This document shows positions 1 to 11,605 of a stretch of DNA of 64,000 nt, in pieces; position 1 is the first letter of the stretch; each line of letters begins with the position of its first letter. The stretch is from Flaccisagitta enflata (Eukaryota), in assembly GCA_965153355.1 (NCBI GenBank), contig OZ231126.1:29946001-30010000 (forward strand). The letters are read 5' to 3'. The notes beneath the pieces are model-generated. The model searched no databases. It was not told the DNA's origin and saw only the letters and a list, made by a program, of their open reading frames with translations. Both the position numbers and the translations under genes were made by a program.

Positions 1-248
1 GCGTTTGTTCCCATTGAACGCATTTACAGCGTGAACACATATTTACAAATTTCACTGTCCCACATGGGAGTGAGCGAAGTGAGTGAGCTAGCCTGTGAAT
101 GGAGTGAGCAAGTGAAGTGAGCGCTGCGCGCTGCGGAGCGAGTAAGCAGAGTGAGCGGTGCGAGCGAACAAACGTAGCGAGCGACCGAGTTGCCCGTTTA
201 AAATGTGATTGTTTCTGACTAGAAACGCCCCCTGAATATATCTCAAAT

Positions 249-597
249 TGAATGCGTTCTCTTCCTGACATCTGCAGGTGTTCAACTATTGTCACATTAA
301 GTGGGAATTGTCACAATGTGAATGTTTTCTCTTCCTGACAACTGCAGGTGTTCAACTATTGTCACATTAAATGGGAATTGTCACAATTTGAATGCGTTCT
401 CTTCCTGACATCTGCAGGTGTTCAACTATTGTCATATTAAGTGAGAATTGTCACAAGATGAATGCGTTCTCTTCCTGACATCTGCAGGTGTTCAACTATT
501 GTCACGTTAAGTGGGAATTGTCACAAGTTGAATGCGTTCTCTTCCTGACATCTGCAGGTGTTCAACTATTGTCACGTTAAGTGGGAATTGCCACGAG
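249..597. repeat. 70-bp tandem repeat, ~5 copies
   Basis: Unit aatgcgttctcttcctgacatctgcaggtgttcaactattgtcacattaagtgggaattgtcacaa... recurs at 251, 321, 391, 461, 531. Confidence 0.95.
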
Positions 598-1291
598 ATG
601 ATGCGATCATGGCCAACGGTTGAATTTGATAGAGATTGGAGGGGAGCTGGTAGAGCGGGTTATGGGCAGAGGCATGGGAAATGAGGCGAAGGGTTTTTTG
701 ACTTAATCACTAATCAGGGAGGTGAGTGGGCTGGTTAGTTTAAATTCTTTTTGAATGCGTCCTCACATGCCTTTAAGAGGGTCTGTCCATCAGTCCGACG
801 GTCCGTCGGTACGTCCGACCATTGTTATCTCGGTCCGTTACGCCTCTTCATGCTTGTTAGTTGTTAATGTTTAATCAACTGTGGGTAGCGGCGAAAGGGG
901 GAGTGGAAGTTTTTTGATTGTAGGGGTGCGGGATGCCAAGACAGGATTTGCTATTGGTGGTATCTCTGACAAAGATTGATGACCTCGTTTGTCTTTTTCT
1001 TCACAGGAAGCACTTCACAAATGCTAATTTTGGGTAATCTTTTTGCCTGTTTAGAAACCAATATTTTTTGCTTTCTTCATTCTGATCAATTACTCATAAA
1101 CGGTTTAAACAAACTATAAAAAATCGGAGACCAAATTAAAGCTCCTCAAATTTCCAAGCCAGCTGTGCAATCTGCGTTTCTCTTACTTCATTGGTTTAGA
1201 AGCTATTTAGCTTTAAATGAAAGGCTTGCTTTTGAAGGTTTCTCAGCTTGACTTCATTATCCTTTTTGATTCAACAACAAAATGAGCTGCG

Positions 1292-1325
<34 letters not shown>

Positions 1326-2087
1326 AAGAAAAAAGAAAAAAGAAAAAAAAAGAGGTACAGGTGATCGGACAGACAGACAATCTTTAGAACAGAATTTGTC
1401 CAGGCAGATTTTCTTCTCCTGACTCCCTCCGCGGCTGCTGTCGACTTTTTTTCGCTTTGCCATACAAATCCGTGTAAACGATTGCTTTGTGGAGTTGTGA
1501 ACTAGTCGTTGACTGATGAGCAAAGACCATGGAAAGTAAACAAACCATGGTAAACAAAAACGGTTCAGTGAGTAGGTTTTCTTGTCGTTTTTTTTCTCTA
1601 TTGATTCATTGCTTTAAGGCGCCTATCCAAGGTCAGACATCCGGCATAAGCAGAGAGCTCGCATATAAAGATAATTTAGCACTTCTCGCATAATCAAACG
1701 GACATTCTCGTTTTCTTCAACCGACTGTAATTCAAATTTGTAAGAATAATCCAGTTAAGTTGTCATTTTGAACGGGGATGTCGCATGTATGAAATAACAT
1801 CAGCGTAAAATTTCAGTAAAATCGGATTATTTTTAAGTGAATTTTAAAGCCGTCTTACGTTTAATAGTTTGTCCGTTTGATTAAAGGTGAGAAATGTTAG
1901 ACAGATGGACAAGATATTGACTTATTTAGTCACGTGAAAGTGACTGATAAAGCCAAATGGGGAAAGGCGAAGTTCTTAGAAGGCATCGGCAGGAATGAAC
2001 CTCGATTTATGGCAACACTCGTCAAAAATCAATCAGAACTTTGAGCAGGAGTGAGAACAGGAAGCAGGAGTCTGACAGGAAGGAGCA

Positions 2088-2205
2088 GAAGAAGAAGAAG
2101 AAGGAGAGGAAGAAGAAGAAGAAGAAGAAGAAGAAGAAGAAGAAGAAGAAGAAGAAGAAGAAGAGAAGAAGAAGACAAAGAAAAAGAAAAAGAAGGAAAA
2201 GAAGA
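2088..2205. repeat. (GAA)n microsatellite
   Basis: Direct reading; explains the poly-K/R/F/L ORFs. Confidence 0.95.
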
Positions 2206-2378
2206 ATGGGAAGAAAAGTTAAAGCCCTCATAGTTGCGGATTGTTGGGCAGAGGTGAGAAACTTTGTCAAAGGCTTCTGTGACGGACGGACCAACTTTTA
2301 GACTCGCGCGTCCGCGACTAAGAAAGAAACAGAAAAGGACAAGAAAGAGAAATAAAAAGAGAGGACAAGGGGAAGAAT

Positions 2379-2696
2379 CAGGCCTGTATACAATTGAGTT
2401 TTCCCCTCCCCCCGGTGGGGGGAGGGAATCAAAGGGTTTGGAGATGGGGAAGGAAATCAAAGGGGAAAAAAAGAGAAAAAAAGAAAATTTGGGGAAAATA
2501 TAACTTTTGCCAGTACTATATCATAAAAACTAGTTAGTAAAACACAATTTAACACTATCTAAACCTTAACTACACTGTTTTTTTGCTTTATGGGGAAGAA
2601 AATTATGGAATTTAAAATGTGACGTGTCAGGTCACGGGAAAGAAAAATCAAGGCAGGGGGAAAAAATCAAAAGCTACTCAATTATAAACCCCCCTG
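2379..2696. mobile_element. hAT-like MITE (family with further copies at 30486-30670 and 37727-38044)
   Basis: Imperfect TIRs caggcctgtatacaattgagt...actcaattataaacccccctg; 8-bp flanks ggaagaat/ggaagaaa (7/8 match, TSD); internal sequence matches 37727-38044. Confidence 0.8.
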
Positions 2697-5475
2697 GGAA
2701 GAAAGGCTAGGGACAGGAGATGGAGTGATAAAACGCCGATAGAGACAGTCAAACTAATAAGGGCGATGAGATATTGACGCGGTATACGACAGACAAGGTA
2801 GGACAGACTCCCCAGTGGGGAGTCCCCACAGAAACTGAAAGAGTGAAATCACAAATTTGATTAGGAGTAAGGGGTCGAAGAGAGAGAGGCAGTGCCATAA
2901 CTGTCAATCCCTGCTTTACTCTTTCTGGATTCATTACTTACAATCGTCAAAACATTTTGAAAGGGGCGCCTCAAAGCCTTGGAGCCTCAAAGCCTCGGAG
3001 CTTCGAAGCCTCGGAGCCTCAAATTCAAAGCTTGGAAGCCTCGAAGCGTCAAACCCTAAATACGGCCAAGCCTCCAAGCCTCCAGGCCAAGCCTCCAAGT
3101 CTCCAAGCCTCGGACCCACGAAGCTTCAAAACCCTGTAAGCCTTGAGGCCTCTGTGTTTTAAGCCGATTTTTTTTGCGCCCAGTCAGCGAATTTACCGGA
3201 AACAAAAGACACTTGGATGGAATAATAAAGATCTGGTTTGGAGATGAAAGACAAAAGATTAAAGACAAAAGATTAAAGACAAGATACAAAGGAAAAAAGG
3301 GGTATGGTTCCAACAACGGTTGTCAGAGCTCGAGACTAAAGACAAAATACATTAAAGACAAAAGACATAAGACAAAAGATATAAGACAAAAGATAAATAA
3401 ATGACAAATGACTAATGACTATCAAAAAACGACAAACGAAAAATACTATAGACAAAGGACCAAGGAAAAAAGACAAAGTACCAAAGACAAAAAACAAAGA
3501 ACAAAAGAAAATGAAGAACAATGATTAAAACAAAATAGAGGGGACAAAAGACAAGAGACAAGAGACAAAAGACAAAAAAGGAAAGAACTAATGACAGAGA
3601 AAAAAGACGTAAGGTCAAAAAAATCCGATGGAAATATCGAGGTCAGAGTTGCCGATAAATTTCTTCGCGAGCTCAGATAACAGTCGTCAATTGTGAGATC
3701 GAGACAGAATAAACTATAAGACAAATTCCGTTTTCTGTTCTTCTCATATGGATGAAATAGATTTACACCCTCTCACCCTCGCACCCTGTCACCGTCTCAT
3801 TCTCTTACCATCTCAAACTTTCATTATCCCACATTCTCAACCTCTCAACTTCTCATTCTCTCACCATCTCACCCTCTTACTCTCTCATCCTCTGACAGTC
3901 CCACCGTCGCTTTTTCTCACCATCTCACCCTCTCACTTTCTAACACTCTCACCCTCCCGACGTCTCCTTCTGTCTCACCCTCTCACCCTCCAGCTACCTC
4001 AATTTCTGGAAAAGCAAGGGTAGGCACAGTGCAGTCCATGGTTTTTGGGACATTCAAAAGCGGTCTGTGCCCTTTACTACTTAAGCCCATCACAGGGACA
4101 AAATCCTTAATCAATGGTGTTTGATCCAGACCCATCATAACTACCTTTTAAAATAATAATAATACATTTTTTTGTCCTCTTTTCAAGGAAAATCTCACAA
4201 ATAAAGTAAGAATCCAATTTCTCAGTTAACTCAGTGCAGTGCTAGCCCTGAAAGAGACCAAATCTGATGGGTGTACTGAAACTGCTGAATCGCGCGCCTC
4301 CATTTCAACTCCTATCTGATCTTCCTACTGTAAAGAAGGTCACCCACATGTAACTAAAGAGAATTTCACTCGACAGCCGCAATTTGGAAATGAATCGGAT
4401 TTGCTGAGGCGTTGCAGCAGCTGGAGATTGCAGCCAATGCAATGACAGGAAATGAAGCGGAATGTTAAGATGTTCATCTCGATTTTGCCAGATGTGTCGT
4501 CAAATTCTCAAGTCTCAGCTTTTCATTCTCAGCCTTTCATTTTCAAGATATAAGCTGTCTCTAATTTCTTGTCTCAGACTATCAGCTGTCTCAGTCTTCC
4601 ATTCTCAAGAAATCAGCCTTCAGACTTCACAACTTTGCAGCCTGCAGGCATTCGGCGTTAAATGCCTCTAACATTAACAGCCTCTAAATTTCAGCCTTCT
4701 TTTTATTTAGCTTCATGAAGCCTCTGGTTTTCAACATTTTCGGCCATCGCGTGGTCTTACCCCTCCTTGGGTTTGTGGTTTCAGACATGGAAGTTTACTT
4801 GTAACCTTCCATCTTCAAGCATCTTTTCAAAAGCCGTTAAAAACTTTGAAGGGACGACCTTGCATGCAATAACGCGACGACCTGACACGTGCCTGTTCGG
4901 TTTACGGCTTTCTATATTCTGGAAACTGTCACGCGCACTCGGTATTCTTACGTAATTATGACATTTTTATTGCCTCCTTTTTCTTTCGGTTCTGAGGTTT
5001 TAACGGCCAAACATCGTCATTCCGACGGAGATGCCGGATTGTATTTAGTATTCGGCGACGGTTGCGTTTTTGCCGAAGAAGCGGTATTTTTGTATTACCG
5101 TATTTTCTCCATTCATCGCCCTTCCTCCAATTAACGCCCCCCTCTTTGTGCTTCCCAAAATAATAATTTGAGGATAGATGATGAAAAGAGCTTATTTCAG
5201 TGTTTTTTAGTCGCGTGCACGCGACTCTACAACCTGCTCTGTCCGTCTGTCGGTCGGTCCGTCTGTCGGCCCGTCCGTCATCCTTAGCTTTTTTTTGCGG
5301 CCCCTGCCCATCCGCACGCAACTAGGGCAGCCGTGTATACGGCCTTGTTTTTTTGAAGATCAAAAAAGAAGCAAGCAAAAATGATACTTTAATACATTTA
5401 TTGTTACATTTCCGATATCTTAGGTAAGATTCATTTTGAAAAATACAAGAGTCAAAAAGAGTGCTTACAAATGAA

Positions 5476-6020
5476 AAAGTCGCAAAAGCGTTAGATGGTC
5501 AGCGGTACCCGTTGCCCCTATGTGAGTGGTTATGGGTGTGAGGTGGTTAAAGGGGCAGCGGCCCTGAAGGGGCCAATGACCTATGCTGTTTTTATTTGAG
5601 CCTCAAGGCTGGAATTAGGCCCTGGAGGCTGGATTTAGGGCCTTGAGGCTGGGATTTGAGCCTCGAGGCTTGGATTTGGGCTTTGAGGCTGGGATTTGAG
5701 CCTTGAGGCTGGAATCTGAGCCTCAAGGCTGGGATTGGAGCCTCAAGATTGGGATTTGAGCCTCAAGACTAGGATTTAAGCTTTGAGGCTTGGGTTTGAG
5801 CCTCGAGGCTGGGACTTGAGCCTTGAGGCTGGATTTTGAGCCTCGAGGCTGGGATTTGAGCTTCAAAGCTAGGATTTGAGCCTCGAGGCAAGGATTTTGG
5901 CCTTAAGGGGGGGGGGGGACGGAGGAGAAGAAGGAGAAGGAGAAGGGAGAAGAAGAAGGAGAAATTTCCCCTATGTGTGAAAGCATAGGTCATCGGCCCG
6001 TTTGGGGCCGCTGCCCAAAA
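5476..6020 (+). mobile_element. Non-autonomous modular repeat family A (Helentron/DINE-1-like): conserved head, internal inverted repeats, central 20-bp tandem array
   Basis: Head aaaagcgttagatggtcagcggtacccgttgccc; IR gggcagcggccc...gacctatgct (~5553-5588) versus agcataggtc...gggccgctgccc (~5982-6016); central tttgagcctcgaggctggga array. Relatives near 12195-12415, 37005-37500, 44330-44555, 44710-45275, 46180-46375. Confidence 0.7.
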
Positions 6021-6289
6021 GGGGCGCAAATTAGAGGCTAAAATAACAATATATTGTTTTCAAATTCAAAAGAGCCCGGGGCGCTAATAAGATACAATAC
6101 AGAAAGCGATATTCTATTGGAGACAAATTTCAGTCTTCGGCGAAATTCTAACAGTGCAGTGACGCCATGATTTAGTAGTTGGGGATATTGCGCTCAAACT
6201 GCCGTGTTTGAATACTGTCGTCAGCGTACTAACGGTGACGTCGTATTATGGCGGTATTCTACTCCTGATTAATTATTCGCCGGATCACT

Positions 6290-7353
6290 CCGCCTGAGGA
6301 GCGAAATATCATTCTTTATGTCGTTCCGCCTGAAGGGTGAGATACCATTCTTTTTGACATTCCACCTGAGGGGTGAGATACCATTCTTTTTTTACACTCC
6401 ACCTGAGGGGTGAGATACCATTCTTTTTGTCATTCTGCCTGAGGGGTGAGATACCGTTTTTTTTGTCATTCCGCCTGAGGGGTGAGATACCATTCTTTTT
6501 GTCATTCTACCTGAGGGGTGAGATACCATTCTTTTTGTCATTCCGCCTGAGGGGTGAGATACCATTCTTTTTGTCATTCTGCCTGAGGGGTGAGATACCA
6601 TTCTTTTTGTCATTCTGCCTGAGGGGTGAGATACCATTCTTTTTGTCATTCTGCCTGAGGGGTGAGATACCATTCTTTTTGACATTCCACCTGAGGGGTG
6701 AGATACCATTCTTTTTGTCATTCTGCCTGAGGGGTGAGATACCATTCTTTTTGTCATTCCACCTGAGGGGTGAGATACCATTCTTTTTGTCATTCCACCT
6801 GAGGGGTGAGATACCATTCTTTTTGACATTCCACCTGAGGGGTGAGATACGATTCTTTTTGTCATTCTGCCTGAGGGGTGAGATACGATTCTTTTTGACA
6901 TTCCACCTGAAGGGTGAGATACCATTCTTTTTGACATTCCACCTGAGGGGTGAGATACCATTCTTTTTGTCATTCCGCCTGAGGGGTGAGATACCATTCT
7001 TTTTGTCATTCTGCCTGAGGAGTGAGATTCCATTCTTTTTGTCATTCTGCCTGAGGGGTGAGATACCATTCTTTTTGTCATTCCGCCTGAGAGGTGAGAT
7101 ACCATTCTTTTTGTCATTCTGCCTGAGGGGTGAGATACCATTCTTTTTGTCATTCTGCCTGAGGGGTGAAATACCATTCTTTTTGTCATTATGCCTGAGG
7201 GGTGAGATACCATTCTTTTTGTCATTCCACCTGAGGGGTGAGATGCCATTCTTTTTGTCATTCTGCCTGAGGGGTGAGATACCATTCTTTTTGTCATTCC
7301 ACCTGAGTGGTGACATACCATTCTTTTTGTCATTCTGCCTGAGGGGTGAGATA
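6290..7353. repeat. 36-bp minisatellite, left arm (~29 copies)
   Basis: Unit ccattctttttgtcattctgcctgaggggtgagata; 12-aa periodic ORFs on both strands; no spacers. Confidence 0.97.
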
Positions 7354-7970
7354 CAGTACCTTCCAAGCAAACCCGGCTAAAACTGGAGGATTAATTCTTG
7401 TTTCTTTAATTTCATTTCCCAAACTTCGTTTTTTGTACATAACTTAATTAAAAGATACTTAATTCCTTGAACATATGTGGCTGTCAAAAAAAATAACTCG
7501 TGAAATCAAAGTGCATGAAGACATCAATATTGAGTGTTCTAACCCAGACCATTGGATTTGGCAGAAAATTTTACCTGTCCTAGACTACAAGAACAGCTCA
7601 GTCAGATAATTACTTAGATTTTACAGCCATTTAAAGATTTTGAGGACAATTGTCTCAAAATGATTTAGGACAATTGTCCTTAAAAACTTTAATTGACCAT
7701 AAAATTTGAAATAATTGTCTGACTGAGCTGTTCTTGTAGTCTAGGATAGGTAAAATTTTCTGCCGAATCCAATAGTCTAGGTTAGAACACTCAATATTGA
7801 TGTCTTCATGCACTTTGATTTCTCGAGTTATTTTTTTTGACAGCCAAATATGTTCAAGGAATTAAGTATCTTTTAATTAAGTTTGATGCAAAAAATGAAG
7901 TTTGGGAAATGAAATTAAAGTAACAAAAATTAATCCTCCAGTTTTAACTGGGTTTGCTCGGAAGGTACTG
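7354..7970. mobile_element. Tc1/mariner-type foldback MITE (617 bp) inserted in the 36-bp array
   Basis: Ends cagtaccttcc...ggaaggtactg; TA duplicated (7352-7353, 7971-7972); neighbouring units show the empty site gagaTAccattc; the two ~295-bp halves are reverse complements. Confidence 0.95.
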
Positions 7971-8280
7971 TACCATTCTTTTTGTCATTCCATCTGAGGG
8001 GTGAGAAACCATTCTTTTTGTCATTCTGCCTGAGGGGTGAGATACCATTATTTTTGTCATTCCACCTGAGGGGTGAGATACCATTCTTTTTGTGATTCTG
8101 CCTGAGGGGTGAGATACCATTCTTTTTGTCATTCCACCTGAGGGGTGAGATACCATTCTTTTTGTGATTCTGCCTGAGGGGTGAGATACCATTATTTTTG
8201 TCATTCCACCTGAGGGGTGAGATACCATTCTTTTTGTGATTCTGCCTGAGGGGTGAGATACCATTCTTTTTGTCATTCCG
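7971..8280. repeat. 36-bp minisatellite, right arm (~8.5 copies)
   Basis: Same unit resumes in register after the MITE. Confidence 0.97.
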
Positions 8281-8504
8281 TCTCACACGCTTGACTGGTT
8301 GTGCAATCGATATCTCTGTTGCCAATTCGCGACCTCAGTAGAATAAAACAAGGCTGGGTACGCACACGGCCACCCTATCAGAGTGGGCAGGGGTTGTGAT
8401 GAAAATAATAATCAAGCCTTTAGATCAGGATTTGAAAGGCCCATTCACTCTGAAAAAGAAAAGTGTCTTGGACCAACAGGAAGAATCACCGACCAACTAA
8501 TTCT

Positions 8505-8515
8505 TATCTATCTGA

Positions 8516-8576
<61 letters not shown>

Positions 8577-8605
8577 AATCAATATATTTTCTTTCTTTCC
8601 TTTTT

Positions 8606-8676
<71 letters not shown>

Positions 8677-8697
8677 CTCTGTCTTTCTTTCTCTCTG

Positions 8698-8769
<72 letters not shown>

Positions 8770-8844
8770 TTTTTCTTTCTTTCTGTCTTTCTTTCTTTCT
8801 GCAGCACTGTGGTACTGTCGTCTCTATCTCTTTCTCTCTCTCTT

Positions 8845-8895
<51 letters not shown>

Positions 8896-8907
8896 TTCTC
8901 TTTCTCT

Positions 8908-8987
<80 letters not shown>
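8505..8987. repeat. Compound microsatellite (TATC)n-(TTTC)n-(TGTC)n-(TC)n
   Basis: Direct reading. Confidence 0.95.
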
Positions 8988-8990
<3 letters not shown>

Positions 8991-9738
8991 GCTTAATCCT
9001 TCTTGATAATGGTTCCATCACGAAGTTGCCCTGAATAAAATCGGTCAGCTTATAACAGAACAGATTTCATGCTCGGCTTCATTTGAGATTTACCCACCAA
9101 AGTGACAGTTCAGTCCAGTCCAGTGAGATGATCCGAACATCATCCAAAATCGATATTGGTTGCCAAAACCATTTAATATCAAAATGGTAACCAGCAAGGG
9201 CTCTTAATCAAACGCAATGAAATGTGTTCAGACCAGTCATAAGAGTGCCTTAATGCCATTGAAATACAACAAAGCACTGTGTCAGAATATTTCCCATCTA
9301 GATTGATAAGCTGTAGAAATGTAGATCGAAAGATAAATCGATAGATAGAAAGATCGATAAATAGAGTCATAGAAAGACTAATGGATAGACAGAGATGGAG
9401 TCACAGAGATACAGTGGTCACGCTTTAATTATTTTGCAACTGCAGAATTATTTCACAAGGCCGGGTACACTTTTGTAGAGTGCAGGTGCAGTGGACAGGG
9501 GCACTACTTGAGGTTATGAGAGCATTTTGGCAGGGAAATTGAGGCAAAAAACTTATGAACGCCGAAAAATTGACTGACTGACGGACGGAGCAACAGAGCC
9601 AGGTGACTGAAAGGCACTCTTTCCTTATGTTTTTGTTGGTTCCAGACAATCACAGGATTAAAAAAGAAAAAAAAAAATAACAGCTGAGCCCTGCCTCCAC
9701 TCCCAAGGTCTTAAGTAAAAAAATTCAAAGCGACTTAC

Positions 9739-9803
9739 TTGAAGGAGACATTGCTGGTGTCGTTTTGTGGGTAAGATTCGACGAGTTTATCTAAGATCGC
9801 CAT
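9739..9803 (-). CDS. Candidate first coding exon of an unidentified gene (MAILDKLVESYPQNDTSNVSF..)
   Basis: aaaATGG start context at 9803; consensus donor gtaagt after 9739; TATAAAA at 9873-9867 about 65 nt upstream; no recognisable homology. Confidence 0.35.
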
Positions 9804-10729
9804 TTTCGATGCCAGGTCGTGAAAAGCGAAAGGAAATCGAGAAATCCGCCAGTAGCGTAGCCGTCGTTTTATAAAATGTAGAGAATACCGCGAGTAACGA
9901 GAGAATTCCACAATAAGACGGAGATGTTGAGTTAAGCGTATCCGTGAATAGCGGAGAAAATCAACAAGGAAAGAAAGAGAAATCCATGAGGAACGGATCG
10001 AGGGTTAGTTAATGAGCAGGCATGAATTTTGAGCGAATTTTTTTTTCTCGAATCATCCGAGAAGCGGAGCGAAGTTGATTTCATTTGTGATTATGTGAGC
10101 ACCAATAGTTCAAGTCGAAGAATTGAGCATGGCACAAAAAAAAGCACAAGAAACGCAAAGAATGGAAGGGAGAAAAATAATCGTTATTTACTTCATGGTA
10201 GAAAAAGAAAAGAATGATTATTCATTTCACATCTCACACTGAGAGAGAGTAAGGATCTCGTGATCTGGTTTCCTTTCCATATCCTCCTTCATATTTATAC
10301 ATGTACAAGTTTCATTTCCCCCATCGTGGAGCCGCGTCTGCCGTGAGTTCGCGTTTGGAAAAGCCTTTTTTTTCTTCTTCTTTTTATTACCCCAATTCCC
10401 GAATTGTCTCTCCTCCTTTTATATATTACGAGTTTTTCGTTTGCCCCTTCCTTTCCTTTTTTTCTTCCTGCCTTCTTGACGTGCACAGTTTTATTCGATT
10501 TTTATGCTGAGTATGTTTTTTTTCCAACCTTTTTTTCTCTAATACAATTTCTTTTTTTATCCCTGAGCGTAATTACGAATATTGTTTTCTTTCAGCAATG
10601 GATATTTCGGCATATATTGGTTGTTCTGAGTTTATTTAGATTAATATCCTTTCTTCTAAGAGGAAAAAGAGAGTTGTGGCTGCCTAGGATCAAACGTGAG
10701 CAGAAGATGAATTAGAAACTCATGAGAAA

Positions 10730-10855
10730 AAGTGAAAGATGAAAAAAAAAGAAAGAAATAGAGAAGGAGAGAGAAAAATGGAGAATGTAAGGAAATAACA
10801 CAAAAGAGTGAGAGAGAAAGAAAAAAAAAGAAATAATGAAAGAAGAAATTGACGA

Positions 10856-10903
<48 letters not shown>

Positions 10904-11035
10904 AAAAAAGAAAGAAAGAGAAAAAAAGAGAAAGAAAGAAAGAAAGAAAAGAAAAAAGTGGAGAAAGAAGTGGAGAAAGAGACGAAGACAAAAAAGACAG
11001 AAAGAAGGAAGGAAAGAAGAAAGGAAGGAAGGAAA

Positions 11036-11111
<76 letters not shown>

Positions 11112-11195
11112 GAAGAAAGAAAGAAAGAATAAGTAAGAAAGAGAGAAGGAAAAAAGAAGAAAGGAAGGAAGGAAAGAAGAAAGGAAGGAAGGAAA

Positions 11196-11232
<37 letters not shown>

Positions 11233-11253
11233 AAGAAAGAAAGAAAGAAAGAT

Positions 11254-11323
<70 letters not shown>

Positions 11324-11406
11324 GAAGAAAGAAAGAAAGAATAAGTAAGAAAGAGAGAAGGAAAAAAGGAAGCAGGAAAGAGGGAAGGAAAAAGAAAGAA
11401 AGATGG

Positions 11407-11457
<51 letters not shown>

Positions 11458-11505
11458 AAAAGAAAGAAGGAAAGAAGGAAAGAAGGAAAGAAAGAGGGAT
11501 ATATG

Positions 11506-11539
<34 letters not shown>

Positions 11540-11605
11540 AAGAAAGAAAGAAAGAAAGACAGAAAGAAAGACGAAAAAGAAACAAGAAAGAAAAAGAGAA
11601 AGAAA
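10730..11605. repeat. Long (GAAA)n-rich purine tract
   Basis: Direct reading; source of the KERK/SFFL ORFs. Confidence 0.95.

Noticed and set aside
1257-1523. MAKRKKV NLS-like ORF
   Set aside because: Runs into a poly-T tract; no clear splice donor or recognisable homology.
6290-8280. CRISPR array (36-bp repeats) or 12-aa repeat protein
   Set aside because: Repeats are contiguous with no unique spacers, there are no cas genes, and the context is eukaryotic; frames are open on both strands only because the unit is a stop-poor multiple of 3.
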